Source: Auanema rhodensis
Lineage: Eukaryota; Animalia; Nematoda
NCBI GenBank assembly: GCA_964057225.1
Contig: OZ059894.1
Span: 6,138,001-6,202,000 of the forward strand
Length of the DNA: 64,000 bases
Direction: 5' to 3'
Made by a program: the position numbers and the translations under genes. Below are positions 37,631 through 64,000 of the stretch, piece by piece. The notes beneath the pieces were generated by a model, which worked only from the letters and a program-made list of their open reading frames with translations, did not search any database and was not told the origin of the DNA. The stretch's first letter is position 1. The number at the start of each line of letters is the position of its first letter.

Positions 37631-40494
37631 ATGACTAAAAAAACATTTCTACATGAAAACTATAGAAAATGTTTATATATAATGTTTTCAAAGGCAAATT
37701 ATATCAAATATATAGTTAAAGTAGTGGCTTGCGTTATTATATTTATAATACTTCTATTATCTTTGCTCAATAGGACAACTGATGTTACACTTGAATATAG
37801 ACATTTAAAGGTAATTTGGTTCTTATTTTGAATAGTCAATTTGATTTCCAGACTTTGGGAGAACCAGATTTTTCAAAACCATGCAAAGTTCCAAGGTTAG
37901 ATCCTTGGGATTCCACAATTCTAAAATATTATTCTAAACCTGATCCTTTGATGTATGTTTTCAATATAATATTTCTTTTTGAGCTTATCATTCTAGATGC
38001 AAGCCGGTGCAAGATCCTTTAGCAAATCTAGTAGATGGATATTTGATAGTTAGGCTCATTATGAGTATTCTCTGTAAAGCTTAGATTTACAGTTTAATGA
38101 ATTATATACGAAAGGAAGAACTTGCTATTGGCGGCCTTTTATACATAATCAAGGCTTCTCTGATTTTAATGCTTTTTATGGAGAAGTAAGGAAATTGAAT
38201 TTTACAGAAACTGGCTATACATATAAAGTCGATGATGAATTTATTGAGGTATCTTCTCGTATATCAAATTATGCTATAATTTCTGTTTAAGGTCATTTGT
38301 AAAGCAACTTCTTATTTGGAAACTGAAGTATATCGCATGCATTTCTATCAGATTCCAAAGCAAGTTAAATCCAATATAACCGGAAAGTGTGGCTTTCTCA
38401 ATCATTTGAAGCTTTAATATGTTAACTTAGATGGCAAAAAATTAAAAATTCGAGTATTGACAGACCAGCTGTAGTTATGATAGGTTTAGATTCTATGTCT
38501 AGGAGTAATTTTATAAGACAAGTTAGTGATTCAAGGAGCTTGTTTGAACAATATTCTTTAAAGATGCCCAGAACACATCGGACATTGCAAGCGATGGGAT
38601 TTCATGATATGTTAGGGCATATCAAAATTGGAGACAATACTTATGTCAATTGGATTGCAATACTTACAGGAAAACGAGGAGTTACTTCAAAAGTGTTTGA
38701 ATCATAAAATAATAATTCGATAATCTTCGAAATTTCCAGGAGTTCGATGCAGAACTCGATGAGAACTGGGGGATTTGCTTTGATGATTTTGATCTCGTAT
38801 GGAAAAACTTCAGTGCTAATAGTAAGTGTTCAGATTATAATTAGGTTTTTTCCAACGACGATTTGAGATTATGTAACATTGTTTGCCGAAGATCGACCTG
38901 ATATTGGCACTTTCAACTATTTTGGATATCTTTGTGGTTTTCAGAATAAGCCAACCGATCACTATTTCAGGCAACCAGATTCACAAGCCAGTTTACTTTA
39001 TAAAAAAATTGCAGACCATATTGGTTGGCTTCATACTGGTCTTTTGCATCTTTACGATCAACTCCATATTGTTACGATGCCAGGGCCAAACACAAAATAC
39101 AATTAGATTATTTGAAAGAGTTACTGATTTTTATTTTTATATTTGTTATCTTAAGTTTCTTAAGTTTCATCAAAACGTATCATGGTAAAAGACATTTTGC
39201 TTATTGGTGGATACAAGACATGAATCATGATTATTTGAATTTGATTGGCATGATACATCTTGAAGATTAAAAACTCACAATTCTTATTCCAGGCAAAACT
39301 GATGGCGATTTTAACTCATTTTTTATTGAAAATGAAAAATTTTTTAATGAAACTATTGTAATTGTATTCAGTGATCACGGTCATCGTTATGATTCGATTA
39401 GGGAAACTGTAAGTTAAGTTTTGTTTAATCAGAAGATTTTGATTTTTTGAGGTTGTCGGTCGAATGGAGGCTAGATTGCCATATTTATCAATTCGTGTTC
39501 CGCCAGAAATTAATAAAAAATATCCTCATGTATGGCTTCTGCTCTAGTTTTCTTTTTTCTTCATTTTTATATTTTTAGATATTGAATAGTTTAAAAGTGA
39601 ATTCAGAGAAAATGACAACACAGTTTGATTTACATGAAACTCTTTTGGACATTGCCAATGTAGTTTTCTTAAATATTATTTCATTTATTTTTCATTCTTT
39701 TAAGGGGGATTTTATTAAAATGAAATCAGTTCAAGATAAACCTGTAAGAGCTTACAGTTTATTCAGTGAAACTCCAGAACTGCGAACATGTATAAATGCT
39801 AATGTTAGATCTTTTTTTGAGTTTGATCATTAATCTAGAAGTGTCATTCAGATCCCTGAAGATTATTGTCCATGCTATTCAGAACGAACAATTGATTCGA
39901 GAGAAGCCACTGAACCAGCTAACGTTTTCATGAAGTACTTGAATGAGTTATTAACCACGAGAGACGTTGGTTTATACGACGAAAATGGCAATGGTCGGGA
40001 ATATGATCTGAAAGCGGTAAGTAGTATACGAAAATTATAAAGAAAAGCTATTTAAATTATTTTTTTCAACTCTGGAGATTATAGAATTCTTATGAATGTG
40101 ACAAATTGGTTTTATCATCTATACGACATGCTTCTATTAGACTCCCCCCTCCTCAAGTAGTTGAGGATGTTCAAACTGGAAATTCTTCACCATTAGATGG
40201 TTTATCTATTCAGTTTGTCAACTTTATTTGTTAACGTTTGTCAAAGATATATTATAGATATCGGGTAGTAGTCGAAGCAGCACCACCATCAAATGGTGTT
40301 TTTGAAGGTCTGGTCTCTAAAAATTTACATTCAGGTGTCTGGGTCGCATCAGGAGAAATAGAAAGAAATAATATGTATTCAAACTTTTTAATAAGAAAAT
40401 AATAATAATTTGTTCTAGGTACGGTAATACATCTCACTGTGTTACAGATAGAGTATTAAAGAAAATTTGTCACTGTATCAAGAAAGTTTCCTAA
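37631..40494 (+). CDS. DUF229 family (alkaline phosphatase/sulfatase-like) type II membrane protein, 19 exons
   Basis: N-terminal TM, CKVPRLDPWD, GLDSMSRSNFIRQMPRT, KIGDNT, FAED, PTDHYFRP, FSDHGHRY, GRMEARLP, RTC...IPEDYCPC and KKICHC. Requires two GC-AG introns. Confidence 0.92.
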
Positions 40495-40891
40495 TTATTA
40501 GCAGACAGACTATCAAGAATTTCCATTTAAAACCAACGAGATCAAGTATTATGAATCTATTGTTTTTACATGAAAAATGAGGATGTTGAAGAGTTATTTC
40601 AATATTTTTGTTCAATTGAAACTAACTGAGGTTGTCATATGTGCAACATTACATAAGAGTTGAATAGGTTAGAAATTTATAATAAAATTGTAAATTGTAA
40701 ATTTAAATATAGAATAAAACATATTTTATTATTTGTTTTTCTTATCTATTACATTATAGATTAACAAAATATTTTAATCAAATAAACAATATGAAATTGG
40801 AATGTTTAAAACAATCAAATGCCATGTGATATCTATGAATTTGTAAAATATAAAAGCAAATTGGATAGAGATTGTCTTGAAATTCAAATAA

Positions 40892-61000
<20,109 letters not shown>

Positions 61001-61543
61001 GTATCAACTATAAATGAAAGTTCTAATTTTAATAATTTTATAAGAATTATATATATTATGTTTAAAAAAAAAGTAATTGTAGTTTTGAGTAATAGCTAAT
61101 ACAGTTAAAATAACGAATAGTAGTTAGATGGCTGAGAGCGTATGGGGCAGTTGCCAACAATCGGGATAAATGGTTATTTTCTGATTATATTAATTATATA
61201 CAAATTCTGTTGATTTTATGTAATTTGATCATATCGATATATAAACTACCTGACTAACCCCTGAGGTGACGTCATCATTCACAGGTCAACTGTCTATATC
61301 ATATACAATATCTAGACATTAGTGCAGCACCTGACTTTCATACATCTAGTTAGATAATGACCAGACGTTGAAATACTATGCGATATGGTAATTTTGCTTA
61401 AATTCAAGTAAAAGTATCTGAAAAGTATCTGAACTGCATCAAATATGGAATCTTTTTTATTGTTAATAGATCTTAAAAATATATTTCTATAATCATGAGA
61501 ATGAATGAATATATTCAATTTAATATTAAGTTTAATAGTTTCA

Positions 61544-62630
61544 GATGTAAACTATACATTTATTTATAATAAATTGTAAATTCTTAGTATTTTACATTAT
61601 TTTTTTGTTGTTTTTCCTCAAATGATATATAAAACATTTTTAACGAAGCAGATAACCCTCACTCAATAAACTTGTCTATTTACTTTTGACTCTTTTTTTT
61701 TCTTTGGAAATTACTTCTGAAAGCAGAGAAAGAAAAACTAATAGTTTGTATTTAAAATTCTGTGAAGTTGTGAAGTTGTTAAGCTGATTTATGTTGTTTG
61801 ACTCGGTTCTTCATTGTAGTTTTGGTGGCGCTGACACTCTGTTAGATAAACATTGTTTGCAACAGGAAATAGTATCTGAAACCTAGAAACATGCTCTACT
61901 GGCATACAAAAAAAACTTTAAAAATTCACTTACTAACAAAATTTTTTTTTGTTGGATTTTATCCACATTTTTCTAACTTTAACTGCCACATTTTACTCAT
62001 TGTTAATGACAAGTTGATGACGTGAACTTGAGGCAAGACGATGACAGGTTGTTTATAGATAAAGAAACTTTAGTTGTGAAAACTGTCGGGTAACCGATCA
62101 GATTATTCAGACCGAATAGCGTAAACTTAAAATAAATGATTCAGAAGAGAAAAGTAAACCAGTAGTATAGAAAATGTTCTTTTTACCCATTTTTCGTTTT
62201 TTCAGATTTTCAACCATTTAAAGGCATTTTTGAAAAGTGAGAATATGATTTCAAATTGTTTTCTATTTCTATTTTGGTTTTTTATTTAATTTACAGTCCT
62301 GTGCGATGAAGGGTGCACGTCCCTATGTTAGAGGCCCCAGAAAACCCCTTCAAACTGCAAAAAAAATTATTTTTCATATAGTTCATATAGTTTATATTCA
62401 GTCGAAATATTTGTTAATATAATTAAATCTGATTTCAATATTTTTTTCTAAATTTATAAGGAAAAATAGTTATTCAAAATAGTCAAGAAAGCAAATAAAC
62501 AAGTTTATTGAGTGAGGGTTATCTGCTTCGTTAAAAATGTTTTATATATCATTTGAGGAAAAACAACAAAAAAATAATGTAAAATACTAAGAATTTACAA
62601 TTTAATATAAATAAATGTATAGTTTATATC
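61544..62630. repeat. Long inverted repeat, arms about 150 bp (61544-61691 and 62481-62630), spacer about 790 bp; possible non-autonomous foldback/MULE-like element
   Basis: The arms are reverse complements with 4 substitutions and a 2-nt indel, including a perfect run of about 106 nt. No ORF and no target-site duplication seen. Confidence 0.9.
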
Positions 62631-63898
62631 GTATCCTGTCTTTTAGAAAAATACTTTACCAAACAATACACAAGATACTTCAAGAAGTTGGAATAGTCAC
62701 AAACTTTTTTTAAAGCCAAGTATCTTCTTTGGTAAAGTATTTCTCTTTCTATTTCTCTTTAATTGTAAATTATTATTTTCTGCGATAATAAAATATTTTT
62801 ATTTGATGCTGTAAGCTTAGTAAGTTTAAAAAAGTAATAAAGAAACATCACTTATACTATGCATATTATATTTAAATAATTAAATATTTGAATAATTACC
62901 AGAAAAAAACAGACATATTTTTTCTTGAATTAAGATTTTTATTCTATTTCAAGCAATTCATGTTTAAGCAAACTTTAAGTAACAAAGATTGTGTCAATAT
63001 AGAATTTTGACCATGAGAACGTTTATTCACAGGAAATTCCGTTGGTTGAATACTATAGAAAACCTAATTATTATAATCTTTTATATAAATAGAATAAATA
63101 AATATTAGATCCGATTAACAGGTAGAAAGATCTGACACTATTTTTTAAAATTTACTTCAATTTAAAAAAAATATATTTTAAAGAAGATGGTGAAATATAA
63201 TATTATTTTTATGAATTCAACTATTCAATTAAGAATTATGTTATATATCGTATAACAATAGATATGGATATTTCAAAGTTTGCTTAAAGTTTTTTGCTAA
63301 TCTCAATGAACTTCTTCATTTTTTAAACAATTTTTTTGTATAATTTTGAAATATTTGTCTACTTATTGCTTAAATACTTTTTGGTGATTTAACCGTTTTA
63401 TCTTTCAAATTATTGAGAAGATAAATGCATGAACCCTTCTTCAATCATCAATGTGTGCTTGTGCTGGCTTGTGGTTGGAAGTAATGGTTGGTGTGAAGAG
63501 ACTGTGTTTGTCATGACGGACTGTAATCCTGACGGTTTCTCTTAATGTTCCGTGCATATGCTTCGTCTTCTTCTTCTTCGTCTATCGGTTTCGTAAGAGT
63601 ATGTCCTCTCTATATCTCTTTCACTGATGTTCTTGCTGTCTTTGCTACTCTCAATGTCTCTTTGCACAAAGTGTTGATCCCCACTGTTTCCAAAATGCTT
63701 CATGTTGTCTAAGATGCTTCCTCTGGTCCATTCTTCCGCCCTCTCAACACATACTTATATTTCATTTTTTCTTTCTGTCTTCCAGGTTCTCTTCTGTCTA
63801 TCATCCTGCCATAAGATGATGGCTCGTCGAGAATCTACTACTTGACTCTCCGCCTCTGACTTCTGTAGTACAAACAACGCTACCTCATAGCTACTGAG

Positions 63899-63905
63899 TA
63901 TAAAA
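63899..63905 (+). promoter_or_regulatory. TATA box of the next gene
   Basis: GTATAAAAG about 65 nt upstream of ATG 63964. Confidence 0.6.
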
Positions 63906-63963
63906 GGAGTTAGAGAAATCGGTTCAGCATCGTTCTCGAGGTTCGCTTCTCCAAATACTCAAT

Positions 63964-63971
63964 ATGAAAGC
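63964..63971 (+). CDS. First coding micro-exon of a gene continuing beyond the window
   Basis: ATG AAA GC|gtaagt, a consensus donor downstream of a TATA box; same layout as the nested peptide gene. Confidence 0.55.
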
Positions 63972-64000
63972 GTAAGTTAACGTATTCTAATTCTCACTTA

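Overview
AT-rich, gene-dense eukaryotic DNA from a rhabditid (clade V) nematode; the species cannot be determined from sequence alone. Genes are split by many very short introns (about 40-50 nt), so the ORF track shows only exon fragments and all gene models below were spliced by hand. Gene order: a partial membrane-protein gene; a secreted Gly/Tyr/Pro peptide precursor; an unknown secreted protein; an NCOA4/ARA70-like gene; M17 aminopeptidase lap-2; two tandem two-MAM-domain genes; a low-complexity orphan; an NPY-type GPCR (npr-13-like); a caenacin-like peptide; SAP30BP; an RPUSD3-like pseudouridine synthase lacking the catalytic Asp; a Cys-rich secreted protein; TMBIM/lifeguard; a small conserved unknown; a DUF229 protein; a 20-kb cubilin gene (about 109 exons) with an antisense Tyr-rich peptide gene nested in its largest intron; a 150-bp-arm inverted repeat; and the first exon of the next gene. 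Most notable: (1) the NCOA4-like protein has both the ARA70 coiled coil and a close match to the vertebrate ferritin-binding motif, making it a candidate nematode ferritinophagy receptor; (2) splice sites are relaxed, with frequent AAG/GAG acceptors, two GC-AG introns and one apparent GC-CG intron; (3) three unrelated secreted precursors share a predicted pyroGlu-to-amide design; (4) a weak candidate Sm-site small RNA. Homologue comparisons are from memory and need database confirmation.
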